A DNA stretch of 64,000 nt, taken from positions 3,601 to 67,600 of the IMG/VR virus record IMGVR_UViG_3300017963_000208; one strand, written 5' to 3'. Shown here in pieces: positions 24,932 to 35,618 of this stretch; the stretch's first letter is position 1, and every line of letters begins with the position of its first letter. Both the position numbers and the translations under genes were made by a program. Origin of the DNA: a virus. The notes below the pieces were generated by a model. It saw only the letters and a program-made list of their open reading frames with translations. It had not been told where the DNA came from and searched no databases.

Positions 24932-26188
24932 ATGGCAGATTTCGGTCCTACTGAACAAGAAGTAAAAAATGTAATTAATTCTGAAGAGAATTATTCAGTC
25001 ATTATTGACGGAACGACTCCTACCTATAAGGCTGTAGTAGATTCCACCGGGGCGTTGAAAGTGTTTGGCGCTGGTGGGGGAGAGCAGTATGTCGATGGCA
25101 CGGCTGATACTGGAGCCGAAAAGGGTAATATAGCTTTAGGTAGTGATGGAAGTAACTTTTATTACCTCTTGACTAATAATCTTGGTAGGCTTCAGGTAGA
25201 CGTAATTGGGGGCGGTGGAACTTCGGGACAGCTAGTTACTGACGCCCAAGCTGTTGCCCCAGGAGATGTAGGTCGTATTTTTGCTGGCTCAGACGGATCT
25301 AATTATAGACATGTGTCGGTAGACAGTTCAGGACAGTTACAAATTGACGTGCTTACCTTACCCGCAGACGTGGATATTAGGGATTTAGATTCCGCCCAAG
25401 ATTCAGTAGCTGCTGTGCAGAGTGGTACATGGACGGTTCAGCAGGGTACTCCTCCTTGGACAGTTTCTGCTACAGATCTAGACATAAGAGATCTGAGCCA
25501 TACCCAAGATAGTATCAGAATTGGAGATGGGACCAATCTGGTAGACGTACTGAATGATGCTGGAACATACAGACTTCAAGTAGCAGCTAAAATAGAAGCT
25601 GGTGGGGCTTCTCAAGATGTACATCCAATAGATACAAATGGAGTTGACTTAGATGTAGCACTAGATACTGCAAGACCGGCTAATACTAGAGCATTTATAT
25701 TTTCTGGTTTAGACGAATCAGATATTGTCAGGGTTCCCAGTATTACGGTTGATGCAGAAGACGGCAAACACCGTGTAGAAATTGTTGGCAAAGTATCTAC
25801 TAGTCCCCCAGAAGCACCCGCTGCAACTACACCAGTAACAATAGATGGAAGTAGTCCTCTATCTTTATCTGGTACAGATACGGAAGATTGGATTATCCCC
25901 AATGGAGAAACTTTTACCATGTCACAATTGACAGCGGGCTCAGAAGGAGATCCAACGGAGAAGGGTTCTAAAGTCGAGGTACTATATGTAGACGCAGCCT
26001 CTGTAGAGCATCTAATTAGTCGAGTCTATTTAACTGGTTTTACTACAGAAATTTATCCAAATACATCCCAAGCAAGAGATGGAACAGTGATGACAGGGAA
26101 TGGTACAACCACATTAATTAGGATTTATCGTGAGCACTTCGGTGGTGGTACTAGAGAACTCGATGCTGTAGTGAGAGGATACTACTAA
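24932..26188 (+). CDS. Fibre-like virion protein, paralog 3
   Basis: GSDGSN.....G.LQ.DV and DLDIRDL...DS repeats; C-terminal IPNGET...GNGT...RGYY domain. Confidence 0.75.
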   Translation: MADFGPTEQEVKNVINSEENYSVIIDGTTPTYKAVVDSTGALKVFGAGGGEQYVDGTADTGAEKGNIALGSDGSNFYYLLTNNLGRLQVDVIGGGGTSGQLVTDAQAVAPGDVGRIFAGSDGSNYRHVSVDSSGQLQIDVLTLPADVDIRDLDSAQDSVAAVQSGTWTVQQGTPPWTVSATDLDIRDLSHTQDSIRIGDGTNLVDVLNDAGTYRLQVAAKIEAGGASQDVHPIDTNGVDLDVALDTARPANTRAFIFSGLDESDIVRVPSITVDAEDGKHRVEIVGKVSTSPPEAPAATTPVTIDGSSPLSLSGTDTEDWIIPNGETFTMSQLTAGSEGDPTEKGSKVEVLYVDAASVEHLISRVYLTGFTTEIYPNTSQARDGTVMTGNGTTTLIRIYREHFGGGTRELDAVVRGYY

Positions 26189-26913
26189 TGTCATTCTTAG
26201 GTAAACTAGAAAAATCATGGGCAGACCTAAAGGCTTTAGTTTCCGCTAAAGAGATTGAATTCCAATACCACGAAACTACTGAGAAGTATTTTATATTTGC
26301 CTTTGAAAATTCTCTAGTATATTTTGTAGATATACATAAAGCCGGGTACGAGCCCGCAGGCATCAATATTTCACAAAATACTGCCGACAGAACAGATTTT
26401 GAAAATAATTATAAAGCCTCGGCTAATGGCAAAATAACTCTTAAAGTAATTACGGAACAGGCTAGTGGGTCTCATACAGAAATAGTTATTCGGGATAAGG
26501 ATAATTCTAACTATAAGGCTTCTGTGAGCGCCGCTGGTAGATTGTTAGTATCTCAGGAACCTCCGGAAGCTCCTCCTGGAACTACAGAAATAAGTGTGAC
26601 AGAATATAATAATATGTCTGGCACAGATACAGATTACTATACCATACCTAATGGGGAAACTGTAGTTATCCAACGCTTATCTGGAAGTTCAGAGGAAGCC
26701 AACGGTGGTTGCGCCATTGAATTGTGGTATGATTCCAACGGTAACGGGAATGGTATGACCATTATAGATGTTATACATGTTAATGCTTCTAGTGATCAAC
26801 ATGATTTGAGTTTTACCGTTGAAGGAAATGGGACCAGGAGAATTGCTTTGAGACGGAGGCGATTGGGAGGTGGTTCCGCAGAAATCTTTGGTCGCTGGGA
26901 GGGATACTATTAA
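26188..26913 (+). CDS. Virion protein, paralog 4
   Basis: PPEAP linker then IPNGET...GNGT...EGYY domain. Confidence 0.75.
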   Translation: MSFLGKLEKSWADLKALVSAKEIEFQYHETTEKYFIFAFENSLVYFVDIHKAGYEPAGINISQNTADRTDFENNYKASANGKITLKVITEQASGSHTEIVIRDKDNSNYKASVSAAGRLLVSQEPPEAPPGTTEISVTEYNNMSGTDTDYYTIPNGETVVIQRLSGSSEEANGGCAIELWYDSNGNGNGMTIIDVIHVNASSDQHDLSFTVEGNGTRRIALRRRRLGGGSAEIFGRWEGYY

Positions 26914-27233
26914 TGGAAGTTTTACACAAGTACTACTACAAGGAAGTATCCTCTAATACTGAAGACTCTCAAGAGTTTGTGATTCCAGACGGAGAAACGT
27001 GGGAAATTACTCGGTGGAATGGTTCTGCTAACGCTTATCGAGAAACGCACGTTTGTGTTATATGGGACTATGATGGAACACAGGAACTCATAGCCATTAC
27101 CTATAATTCAGAAAAACGAGATATATTGAGAACATTTACCGGTGATGGTACGAAAAAAATGGCCATTGTTTTGGTTAATGATTCCCCAAACGCAGAACGT
27201 TTAGGGGCAGAATTTGATTATAAGGTACTATAA
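26913..27233 (+). CDS. Virion protein, paralog 5 (C-terminal domain only)
   Basis: IPDGET...GDGT domain with no N-terminal extension. Confidence 0.7.
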   Translation: MEVLHKYYYKEVSSNTEDSQEFVIPDGETWEITRWNGSANAYRETHVCVIWDYDGTQELIAITYNSEKRDILRTFTGDGTKKMAIVLVNDSPNAERLGAEFDYKVL

Positions 27234-27235
27234 TC

Positions 27236-27877
27236 ATGCCAACTAAAGCTAGACCTAGAAAGAATGACAGAGCAGCCGATGGACGTCAGCTTGTACGTTC
27301 AGATAGCCGTCCTATTGACTCTACGACTTATTTTACCACGCGGGGGGATAGTTCTACAGCTATAGGGGACGGGACCATTATTCAGTGGGATTTTTCCACT
27401 TCCGATGACGTAGTTACCGATTCTATAACGACCTCGATTCCTAGTGGGTTTAAGAGAAAGAGGCTTAAGTTAAGTTTCGTAGATGATGTGCGAGTAAAAG
27501 AGGGTTGTTTATACTGGCTTAATGCGCCCTTCGGTACCTTTGTTGATTTTTGGGTTATATGTCCAACCAATGGATATTATAAAGACCCTAACGGTACAAT
27601 TCCAGCTTCTATGCTTGGGTTAGACGGAACTGATATGTACACCCAGGCAACGGCTGATACTCCTCTTGTTCATTATGTAAATCATCACATGATTATGGGT
27701 GATTGTCCCATGGGCGATGAAATGAATACGGAGGCTGCGAACGAGAATCCCATCCCCCCAAGCTATGAGTTGTGGGTGGAAATAACGGTAGATTCAAATA
27801 ATACAGACTGTGTAGGATGTGGGGAATTAGAACTCTATAGAAATCGTACTCATCTACTACCAGGAGAATCTGTATAA
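27236..27877 (+). CDS. Hypothetical virion-type protein
   Basis: 213 aa, beta-rich, translationally coupled. Confidence 0.7.
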   Translation: MPTKARPRKNDRAADGRQLVRSDSRPIDSTTYFTTRGDSSTAIGDGTIIQWDFSTSDDVVTDSITTSIPSGFKRKRLKLSFVDDVRVKEGCLYWLNAPFGTFVDFWVICPTNGYYKDPNGTIPASMLGLDGTDMYTQATADTPLVHYVNHHMIMGDCPMGDEMNTEAANENPIPPSYELWVEITVDSNNTDCVGCGELELYRNRTHLLPGESV

Positions 27878-28257
27878 TGTTACAACTTTGGGCACTTATT
27901 AATACACCCATTATGCTTCCTATGATGGTTGCTCAATTGATTCTAGGAGCATTAATTTACGTAGCTGGCAAATTATTTCGCAGTAAAAAGTTAGAGACTC
28001 ACGGTAAGGATTTAGCCATAGCGGTAGACCAGTTTATGAATGTAGTGTGGTTAGGCAACCCTGACGAAACTATTAGTTCTAGGACAGGGAGAGCAATCAG
28101 GTCAGGTAGGCCTAAGTGGTATATCAAATACCTGTTACATCCTTTTGTGGATAAGGCTGCTCAGTTCTTTGGAGATGGCCCCAACCACTGTATAAACGCA
28201 ATTGAAGAGGACGAGTACGAAGAAGGCCAATACGAAGTGTGGAAATGGCATAAATAA
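27877..28257 (+). CDS. Conserved phage hypothetical protein with N-terminal hydrophobic segment
   Basis: AVDQFMNVVWLGNPDETISSRTG motif. Confidence 0.7.
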   Translation: MLQLWALINTPIMLPMMVAQLILGALIYVAGKLFRSKKLETHGKDLAIAVDQFMNVVWLGNPDETISSRTGRAIRSGRPKWYIKYLLHPFVDKAAQFFGDGPNHCINAIEEDEYEEGQYEVWKWHK

Positions 28258-28426
28258 CTTAGGGAGAAAGACATGAGGAGGATAGAGACTAGAAAGAAAC
28301 CTAAGTCTCTGGAAGCTAAGGGGAGAATCCGTATTCTTAAAAACACTCATCACACATGGATTAAATTTTCAGTCTTTCTACAACTAATACAGGTTGCTTT
28401 ACTCATAGCAATAGCTGGAAAACTTT

Positions 28427-28804
28427 TTGGCTATTTTAGTTTTTAGGTGCCTTATGAAGACTGAGAAATTGATAAAAAAGATGAAAAGCTCCAGAGATGT
28501 ACAACCCAAACAGTTGGGTAACACCCCCCAGGGTACTATACAAACACAGGCTGATTCTTCTAAAGTAAAAGAAGAAGTGATGGCAGAAGTAGAAGAAATG
28601 TTGGTTCAGAAAGAAGTAGCCGACGCAGAGTACTTTGAGGGAGAATTTAAAGCATTAAAAAATGAGATCAGGTCTCTAAAATCTAGCTACAGTACTTTGA
28701 TGGCAGAAAATGCTAAATATAAAGAGAGATTAGATACTCTTTTAGAGACTATTGAAAAAGCTAAGGAACAAAAACCTAAAGTTTTTGAAAGGTTGTTTAA
28801 GTAA
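28427..28804 (+). CDS. Coiled-coil hypothetical protein
   Basis: ORF track; true start probably at MKTEK. Confidence 0.6.
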   Translation: MAILVFRCLMKTEKLIKKMKSSRDVQPKQLGNTPQGTIQTQADSSKVKEEVMAEVEEMLVQKEVADAEYFEGEFKALKNEIRSLKSSYSTLMAENAKYKERLDTLLETIEKAKEQKPKVFERLFK

Positions 28805-30096
28805 TGTCAGTCGTTATAGATTTTACATCTCCTGGTAATCCTCCCAATAATATTACCAGTTTTCAAATAGAGAGAAGTGTTAGGGCTGCTAGCGGCACTA
28901 TAGCCGCCGCTGGAGACGTAAATAACGTAACTAAAGTTGTCACAGTTACTTTTGATGGTACTCCTCCAGCCGATAACGCCCTGTTGGGAGACCAGATGGA
29001 GATTGGCGGATTACTATACAACATTATAGCCAATACTTCCACAACTATCACTTTTTCTCCTACTACCGACCTATCCACCATCACTACGTTTCCGACAACG
29101 TTTGTCGTGCTCAATGATCTCGCAGAGTTCAGTACTTTTGAGACTGTTGGCACTGTAACTCCAGACGTTCCTTTCACAGATAACGTTGTCCACCAATATA
29201 CCGACTCTACAGGTACTATTTATGATTTTTATCAAATAAAAACAGTAGATTCTGGTGGAACGGTTAGTGCCGACCCTCTCACAGACCCCTTCAGACCTGG
29301 CCAGGTAGTCAATCTTGCTGTTGATGAAAAAAGACTCACTCCTAAAGACCAACTTGCTGGAATCATAGGAGGAAGTCTGTCTTTTGAGGTTACAGTGATA
29401 ATTGGAGGACGCCGGCAAGACCCAAAAGATAACCGGGTCGTGGCTGACGTCTTTACTCCTCCTCACATATCTCCAAATGGACGTATGACAGCGATTGCTG
29501 AGTTAGAGATGACTCGGGTGGGTCTAGGTCAGTACAGAACCACCTGGACGATTCCTACGGAAGCTCCACAGGCAGTTGGAGGGTTCACCTTATATCCTGA
29601 TGATCAGTACATTGTAGCGTACAAGGGTAACTTCACAGGTCTTATAGGAGGTGCTCCAGATAACTTCAGAGAGTTTGACAGTGAGTTATTCTCTCTGAGA
29701 TTCCTGGACGGACCTATTCACGGCAGATTTCCAGCAAACGCAACTCTTGAAGATTTAAGGCAAACTTTCTTTGAAATAGACGCCTATCTTCCAGAGGCAT
29801 TGTCAGAAAAGACTGACGTAGAAGCAAGAAATAAAGTTCTTCAATATCATCTTGAGAGAGCTTCAGATAAGCTTAATGAAGAGCTTAATATGCATCAAAT
29901 TAGAGGCAATTCCCAAGACCGCAGGGAGTATGTGACCTCTAGGGCTGTATATACTATCCTCATGGCTGCCAGGGGCCAGAATTCTTCGGCCATTTCGGAC
30001 AAAATGCTGGAGTTCTGGAGGGATAGAGCTGAGTACGTCCTAGCACAACTCAAACGCGAGGGGATTGCCCAAGGATTTCCTCTGGGTAGAGGTTAA
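28804..30096 (+). CDS. Head-tail adaptor (C-terminal helical domain) fused to N-terminal beta domains
   Basis: C-terminal ATLEDL...LERASDKLNE.L...AVY.IL...W...A...LA.L resembles Mu gp36/DUF1320 type; position before neck genes. Confidence 0.65.
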   Translation: MSVVIDFTSPGNPPNNITSFQIERSVRAASGTIAAAGDVNNVTKVVTVTFDGTPPADNALLGDQMEIGGLLYNIIANTSTTITFSPTTDLSTITTFPTTFVVLNDLAEFSTFETVGTVTPDVPFTDNVVHQYTDSTGTIYDFYQIKTVDSGGTVSADPLTDPFRPGQVVNLAVDEKRLTPKDQLAGIIGGSLSFEVTVIIGGRRQDPKDNRVVADVFTPPHISPNGRMTAIAELEMTRVGLGQYRTTWTIPTEAPQAVGGFTLYPDDQYIVAYKGNFTGLIGGAPDNFREFDSELFSLRFLDGPIHGRFPANATLEDLRQTFFEIDAYLPEALSEKTDVEARNKVLQYHLERASDKLNEELNMHQIRGNSQDRREYVTSRAVYTILMAARGQNSSAISDKMLEFWRDRAEYVLAQLKREGIAQGFPLGRG

Positions 30097-30725
30097 TGGC
30101 AAAAGACAATCTCAAAATAACGGTAGAAGGGCTAGAAAGTACCGAAGCCTTTTTCGACGCCTTAGAACCTGCTTTGAGGACCAGAATCCCAAGAGGATTA
30201 CGTACGTATATCAAACGAAATCTAGTACCTCGTATAAAGAAACGTTTGTCTCAGGCCACTCAATCTAAAAACTATACCCCCAATCCTAGTGGGGCTGGAG
30301 CAGCTTCCGGGGGTTATGGAACTCCCAAGAATGCTCCGGGATATAAAGAGTGGAAAGATACTAGAGTCAATTTACCCCAAGTTGGGGGGCTGTCTACTAG
30401 AGAGTTTGTAGCTACAGGACACTTTGTAGAGTCCATTGCTCTAACTAAGGTAGATAAGGTACTAGATAGAATTACCTTTGAAGTTGGACCTACTCCAGGT
30501 CCCAGACCATCAGCTAAAGCATTTTCTGATGATGGAACAGGTGGGGCTAATATTAGTAAAGTAGTTGAAAATACGGAACTTGCAGAGTGGTTAGAGGATT
30601 CAGATTATAAATTCTGGGCAACAGAGTATGAGGACGTAGTTAGGGATATTCATCCAGTACTCACTAGAATTATTGTTCAAACTATCAGAAGTCTAGTCAA
30701 AGCCTTCTCTAGGATGAAGAAATAA
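30096..30725 (+). CDS. Neck / tail completion protein
   Basis: Position; KITVEGL start, helical N-terminus, F.ATGHF.ESI motif. Confidence 0.55.
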   Translation: MAKDNLKITVEGLESTEAFFDALEPALRTRIPRGLRTYIKRNLVPRIKKRLSQATQSKNYTPNPSGAGAASGGYGTPKNAPGYKEWKDTRVNLPQVGGLSTREFVATGHFVESIALTKVDKVLDRITFEVGPTPGPRPSAKAFSDDGTGGANISKVVENTELAEWLEDSDYKFWATEYEDVVRDIHPVLTRIIVQTIRSLVKAFSRMKK

Positions 30726-32170
30726 TGGCAATAGATTTTATTCGTGTTATTGAGGACATAGAAGAGGCTCTTTCCAGAGAGATACGCCGTATGGTGTTTT
30801 TCGAAAGGAGACAGAGAGGTAACCCCGGAGTCACTTTTAGGGAAATGTTCGACCCCTTTACCGGGGAGTTTGTTCGTAAGCCCATAGAGCCCAGATTCTT
30901 TGATGATACTGCGGATAGTCTTGTATCTACAAGTCCTCGATTTACTTTAGAACTATTGAAATTATATGAGGATTTAGAGACCAGTAGGGTTCTTCCCGCC
31001 ATTGGTAATGAGTGCGTAGAGGTTCTGCCTGGTCCTGGAGCGTATGAAGCTCTTTTTGGAGGGGCTGACCTGTTGACAACCAACGGCGGTACCTCAAGTA
31101 CTGTAACCCTCAATAACCGTAAAATTAGGTCACTTACAACCTCCCATGTGCTAAGAATTCAAAGTGGGGAAAATCAAGGGACTTACAGAATCGAATCTAT
31201 ATCCCTAGTCGGCAACGGACCCCATACCCTAACCCTTAGTAATGATTTAGTGATAGACCTACCCACTTTTAAATATAATCCAGCCGCAGGTATTATAGCT
31301 TTTGATAGTTTCGTAGACCTCACCGCAGTCAAAGCTGGTGATGAAATTGAAGATATCGCTGCAAATACCATAACAATTACTGCCGTCAATGTGGGTGATT
31401 CCACCTTAGCTGTGGCTCCAGGAAGTGTTGTTGTTTCTGGCCAAGGAGCTAAAATAGCTCGTGTGGGAGATGTTTTACAAGGTGATGATGCGGGAGATGC
31501 TCAATATTATCTGGTACTTGACCCCTCTCAACCTATCGAAGGAAAAGGAACCAGTTATAGAAAAAGAAGCTTTCCTATACCTTATACTTTCATTTACTTT
31601 ATAAAAATTACCAGTCGTGAGAGAGACGACCACATAGCCATAGCTGACAGGATGATGCAAGTCTTTAATCCTGCTAGAGGAACACTACCTATGATTGTTA
31701 GGTCAGACGAGTCATTTGAGTCAGAGGCTATTAAGGGAGTAACGGCTGGAGATACCACTATGTTTGTGGAAGATGCTACTCACTTCTATGTTAATGAAAA
31801 AGTACGTCTTTTAGATAACTTAGACATAGGAGAGGAGCTTACAATTCAGAGCGTTAATGTAGCTAGTAAGACTGTTACCTTTACTTCACCGGTTACGAAG
31901 ACTTATGCTTATGACAATTGTCCTATATTAGTAAGTAACTACCGGTATTTATATTTTCAGAGAGATTTCAGGAACCATGTAACGGAAAACAGACAGGATG
32001 AGCAATTTTGGATTCATCGTTTTACCTATAGAATCGAGGGGTGGATTGATTCTAGGATTCCTGACTACTCAACTGAACAGACTTTTGAAGACGTAGGGGA
32101 TGTTAATTTCGTGGAGTATGTAATGGAAGATATGGAGGGTACTGAAAGAAGTGACCCCCTCATTCCATAA
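30725..32170 (+). CDS. Tail terminator-like protein with inserted beta domains
   Basis: Position before sheath; YTF.Y.I.I.S...DD...IA..M.QVF and FTYRIEGW patterns. Confidence 0.55.
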   Translation: MAIDFIRVIEDIEEALSREIRRMVFFERRQRGNPGVTFREMFDPFTGEFVRKPIEPRFFDDTADSLVSTSPRFTLELLKLYEDLETSRVLPAIGNECVEVLPGPGAYEALFGGADLLTTNGGTSSTVTLNNRKIRSLTTSHVLRIQSGENQGTYRIESISLVGNGPHTLTLSNDLVIDLPTFKYNPAAGIIAFDSFVDLTAVKAGDEIEDIAANTITITAVNVGDSTLAVAPGSVVVSGQGAKIARVGDVLQGDDAGDAQYYLVLDPSQPIEGKGTSYRKRSFPIPYTFIYFIKITSRERDDHIAIADRMMQVFNPARGTLPMIVRSDESFESEAIKGVTAGDTTMFVEDATHFYVNEKVRLLDNLDIGEELTIQSVNVASKTVTFTSPVTKTYAYDNCPILVSNYRYLYFQRDFRNHVTENRQDEQFWIHRFTYRIEGWIDSRIPDYSTEQTFEDVGDVNFVEYVMEDMEGTERSDPLIP

Positions 32171-32182
32171 CATGGAGGAATC

Positions 32183-32461
32183 ATGAGATTTTATAGAAAT
32201 ATTTCTGGGAGTATGCTTCCGCTAGACTGCCTCACCTATACTAAATATCTGATGCCTGGTGAGATAGCAGCTCTTCCCGATTCACGGGACGTAAGACACA
32301 ACGCCAGACAAGGAAAATTGGTACTTGTCAGAGGCATGGTGGAGTCTAAACCCAGGAAAAAGAAGAAAAAGTACAGACCTCGGAAGAAAAAAACCAAGGT
32401 TCTGGAAAAGAAGACTAAACCCAAAAAAGAAAAACAATCAGAAAAGACGGAGAATAAATAA
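32183..32461 (+). CDS. Small protein with Lys-rich tail
   Basis: GGAGG RBS, directly before sheath. Confidence 0.65.
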   Translation: MRFYRNISGSMLPLDCLTYTKYLMPGEIAALPDSRDVRHNARQGKLVLVRGMVESKPRKKKKKYRPRKKKTKVLEKKTKPKKEKQSEKTENK

Positions 32462-35043
32462 TGGCCATTAATACAAATACTGGTCCAGAGAGAGTAGAAG
32501 TCACTCCGGTAGCTACTGGTAGTATTCAGGTCCCTGGGGCACCTACTGCTATCACGGCTTTTGTTGTGCGTTCTACGTTGGCAGGTGCTCCGGCTGACAC
32601 CCCCGTTGAGGCTTTGAGCCTTGAAGAGGTTGTGGAGCAGTTTGGTGATGTGGAATTGGGCGACGCCTTTTATGCTATTCGAGGCTTCTTCGCTAATGCT
32701 GGTACTGGCAACAAGGTCATTATCGTGAACGTTGCTCCGACTGCTTCTGGGTCTACCGTGGATGATCGCGGTGTTGCAGAAGCGGCTGGCGCTGGTTTTG
32801 TCGAAGATGAGGGAGAAATTGTCACAAGTTTGGCAGTTTCTGGCTACACAGACACTACTGGCGTGTTGGCGTTCAGTGGCTCTCCTGACCTCTCAGAAGT
32901 GAAGGTTGGAGACTACTTTAAAGACGATGATGGACGTTTGTTCCAAATTACCGCTGTGGACGATACTGCTGATACGGTCACTATCACTACTGGTCTTTTT
33001 ACCGTTACTGGCGAAAAAGTTTTCTCTTCAGGCGGATTAAAGGTTGGTTCTACCGCAGGTAAGATTTTGCGGTTGTTTGAAGTGGATGAGCATAATGGCA
33101 AAGCACTGATTCAGGAAGGTACTTCCAAAGGTGCAGTTACGGTTGACAGCTCTGTTTCAACTACGGTTGGAGCATCTGCTGGTGGATTTCTGAATATCGG
33201 CACTAAAGTGGGTGATATCCTTGTGGATTCAGCCAGTGCAGTGTTTTATATCACGGCTGTTGTTGATGATGACCAAGTCACTGTTGACAGAGCTGGTTGT
33301 GCTGTTGGCGCAGCTACCGTGTATACGGGCGTGGTAGAGATTATTCAAGATACCCTCAGAGCGGCTGGTAGTAATGCTTCTGTGGCTCCTCAAAACAGTG
33401 TTGCTTTTGAGAGTTCAGGAGCTGGTTTTGGTATTCTGCCGACGAGTGCGGGTCCATGGCCTGCAGACGCTCTCGACGGGCATTTTGCCCTTATCGGAAG
33501 CGAAGAGAAGCAGATCCTAACCTCTACTGTGGTTGCTAGCGGTACTCTTAATGCTCAATTCGGTACTTCAGCAAATACTCTGGTTTACACTGCGGCAACG
33601 GGTGTGATTCAGTTTGGTGGTGCTGAGGACCTTTCCACAACTAATCCTGGTGACGTGTGGCGTGATGCTGGTGGTACGGATTTCATTATCAATGCAGTTG
33701 ATGATGGTACTGACCAGATTACTATTGCTCTCAATCAGACAGTTAATACAGCGGTTGGTTCGACTATCAGAGACGGTCAGGTAAGGGTCAATTTTGTTGA
33801 CACAGCCTTTGATCCGGGTACTGCTGATGTTCCTACCTTCTTTGAGCCAGCGAGTAAGCTGGAGATTCCTACTGATGCTACTGGGTTAGCTGATGATTAT
33901 TTTGTCGCTGACGCTGTGGCTCAGGATTCTGACTATCTAGGCGACGCTGCGGATGGTAAGGGGCTACATGCTCTTGATGATGTTGACGATGTCAATCTCG
34001 TTACCGTTCCTGGAGTTACCTCTCGGGTGGTACAGAATGGTCTAGTAGATTACTGTGAGACTTTTAGGGACGACTGTTTCGCCCTGTTGACTGTTCCTCA
34101 AGCTGTTCGCTATGCGGCAGTAGATAGAACTTTGGTCAACGTGGTTATCAGTTCTATTGTGAATGGTGCTATTTATAGTACAGTCACTCTGTCTGGTAGT
34201 CCCAGTCTTGCTGGAGTCTCTGAAGGCGATCTATTAAGTTTTAACAGTACTAAGTACTTGATTGTTGACGTAGACGATACTGACAAGAAATTGACTGTGG
34301 AATCTACTTCAATTTCAGGTTCTGGGGCAGCTACTATAGTGGCTCCTAGTGCGATTTCTTACAAAGAGACTATTATTAATAATCCTAGTAAGAGAGCGGC
34401 TTGGTACTTCAACTATGTCAAGGTGTTGCGTTCATCTGATAGCGCCATCTTGACTGTTGATCCTATCGGCCATGTGGCTGGTGTTATGGCTCGTATCGAC
34501 GGTCAGATTTCTCTGGGTGGCGTGAGTCGTGCTCCTGCGGGCATCGGTCCGGCTGGATTGGCAGATACGGTTGGCTTGGATCTTAGTATTTCTGAGCGTA
34601 CTGAGGCAGGTCCGTTGCGACTCAGCTTCATTAACCGGATTACTGAGTTTCCTGGCGCTGGTAGGGTAATCTTTGGTCCTTATACTGCGGATAGTGGCAC
34701 TTCCCCAGCTTTTACGGCGGAAGAGCAGCTCATCCAAGTACAAAGATCTATCCTGTTTATCAAAAAGTCTCTTGAGCCTGGTCTCAGATCGTTTATCTTT
34801 GAGAACTATTCTCCTCTGACTCGTGTTCAGGTAGAGAATGCTATCTTATCGTTCTTGAGGAATAATTCGTATCTGTTCCCTGCAGGTTTACCTGAGAGTG
34901 AGCAATTTAAAGTGGTTAGCGTTGAGCCTACCGCTGCTCAAGAAGCTGTTGGGTTGATGAAGTTTCGCATTCAAGTGAACTTCAACACTCCTGTAAGGTT
35001 CATTGACATTGACCTGGAATTCCCGATTCCAGAGGCTGCATAA
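32461..35043 (+). CDS. Contractile tail sheath protein (with several inserted domains)
   Basis: ITAFV..T..G, YAIRGFFANAG, GLHALD.VDDVNLV.VPG, AAWYF.Y, P.GHVAGV.ARID, RAPAG, I.VQR...FIK.SL, P..FI motifs. Confidence 0.92.
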   Translation: MAINTNTGPERVEVTPVATGSIQVPGAPTAITAFVVRSTLAGAPADTPVEALSLEEVVEQFGDVELGDAFYAIRGFFANAGTGNKVIIVNVAPTASGSTVDDRGVAEAAGAGFVEDEGEIVTSLAVSGYTDTTGVLAFSGSPDLSEVKVGDYFKDDDGRLFQITAVDDTADTVTITTGLFTVTGEKVFSSGGLKVGSTAGKILRLFEVDEHNGKALIQEGTSKGAVTVDSSVSTTVGASAGGFLNIGTKVGDILVDSASAVFYITAVVDDDQVTVDRAGCAVGAATVYTGVVEIIQDTLRAAGSNASVAPQNSVAFESSGAGFGILPTSAGPWPADALDGHFALIGSEEKQILTSTVVASGTLNAQFGTSANTLVYTAATGVIQFGGAEDLSTTNPGDVWRDAGGTDFIINAVDDGTDQITIALNQTVNTAVGSTIRDGQVRVNFVDTAFDPGTADVPTFFEPASKLEIPTDATGLADDYFVADAVAQDSDYLGDAADGKGLHALDDVDDVNLVTVPGVTSRVVQNGLVDYCETFRDDCFALLTVPQAVRYAAVDRTLVNVVISSIVNGAIYSTVTLSGSPSLAGVSEGDLLSFNSTKYLIVDVDDTDKKLTVESTSISGSGAATIVAPSAISYKETIINNPSKRAAWYFNYVKVLRSSDSAILTVDPIGHVAGVMARIDGQISLGGVSRAPAGIGPAGLADTVGLDLSISERTEAGPLRLSFINRITEFPGAGRVIFGPYTADSGTSPAFTAEEQLIQVQRSILFIKKSLEPGLRSFIFENYSPLTRVQVENAILSFLRNNSYLFPAGLPESEQFKVVSVEPTAAQEAVGLMKFRIQVNFNTPVRFIDIDLEFPIPEAA

Positions 35044-35057
35044 GGAGATAGAAGACT

Positions 35058-35618
35058 ATGGCTAGAAGTTGCAAAGTAGACGCAATTGAAAAATTTCGCT
35101 TTACGGTGTCCTTTGATGGGCTCTCCAGAGCGGGATTTCATGAAGTCTCTGTTCCTAAGCAGACCACTACCAAAGGTGAGTACAGAGAAGGTAATGCTCC
35201 GGAAAACATGCAATTGTTTGCTGGCTTGCATCGGATGGAAGATGTTGTGATGTCGCGTGGCGTCACGACTAATAAGGATTTTTACGACTGGGTCAAACTG
35301 GTCTTCGATCCTGAAAAAGTTCCTGAAGGTCAACCCAACGTGCAGGGACCGGACATTGTTCCTCTGGGTAATGAAGAACTTTATCGCAAAGACATTACTA
35401 TCACTCTTTGGCAGCGTAAGGGTGTTCCCGCCAAGCAATGGGTTCTCTATAATGCGTTTCCAGTAGCGTTTCAACCGGGTTCGGATATGAACGCTTCTGA
35501 GGACGGTGAGAAGTCCATGGAGCAATTGACTGTGGGTTACGAGTCCTTCGTGGAACTCAGTGGCTCGGAGATTACTGCTCCCGAGGCTGGTGAAGATCAG
35601 GATACGCCAGTTACGTAA
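35058..35618 (+). CDS. Tail tube protein (T4 gp19-like)
   Basis: FRF.V...G...AGF.EVS, EYREGN, V.MSRG, WVLYNAFP, E.L.V.YE; directly after sheath. Confidence 0.88.
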   Translation: MARSCKVDAIEKFRFTVSFDGLSRAGFHEVSVPKQTTTKGEYREGNAPENMQLFAGLHRMEDVVMSRGVTTNKDFYDWVKLVFDPEKVPEGQPNVQGPDIVPLGNEELYRKDITITLWQRKGVPAKQWVLYNAFPVAFQPGSDMNASEDGEKSMEQLTVGYESFVELSGSEITAPEAGEDQDTPVT

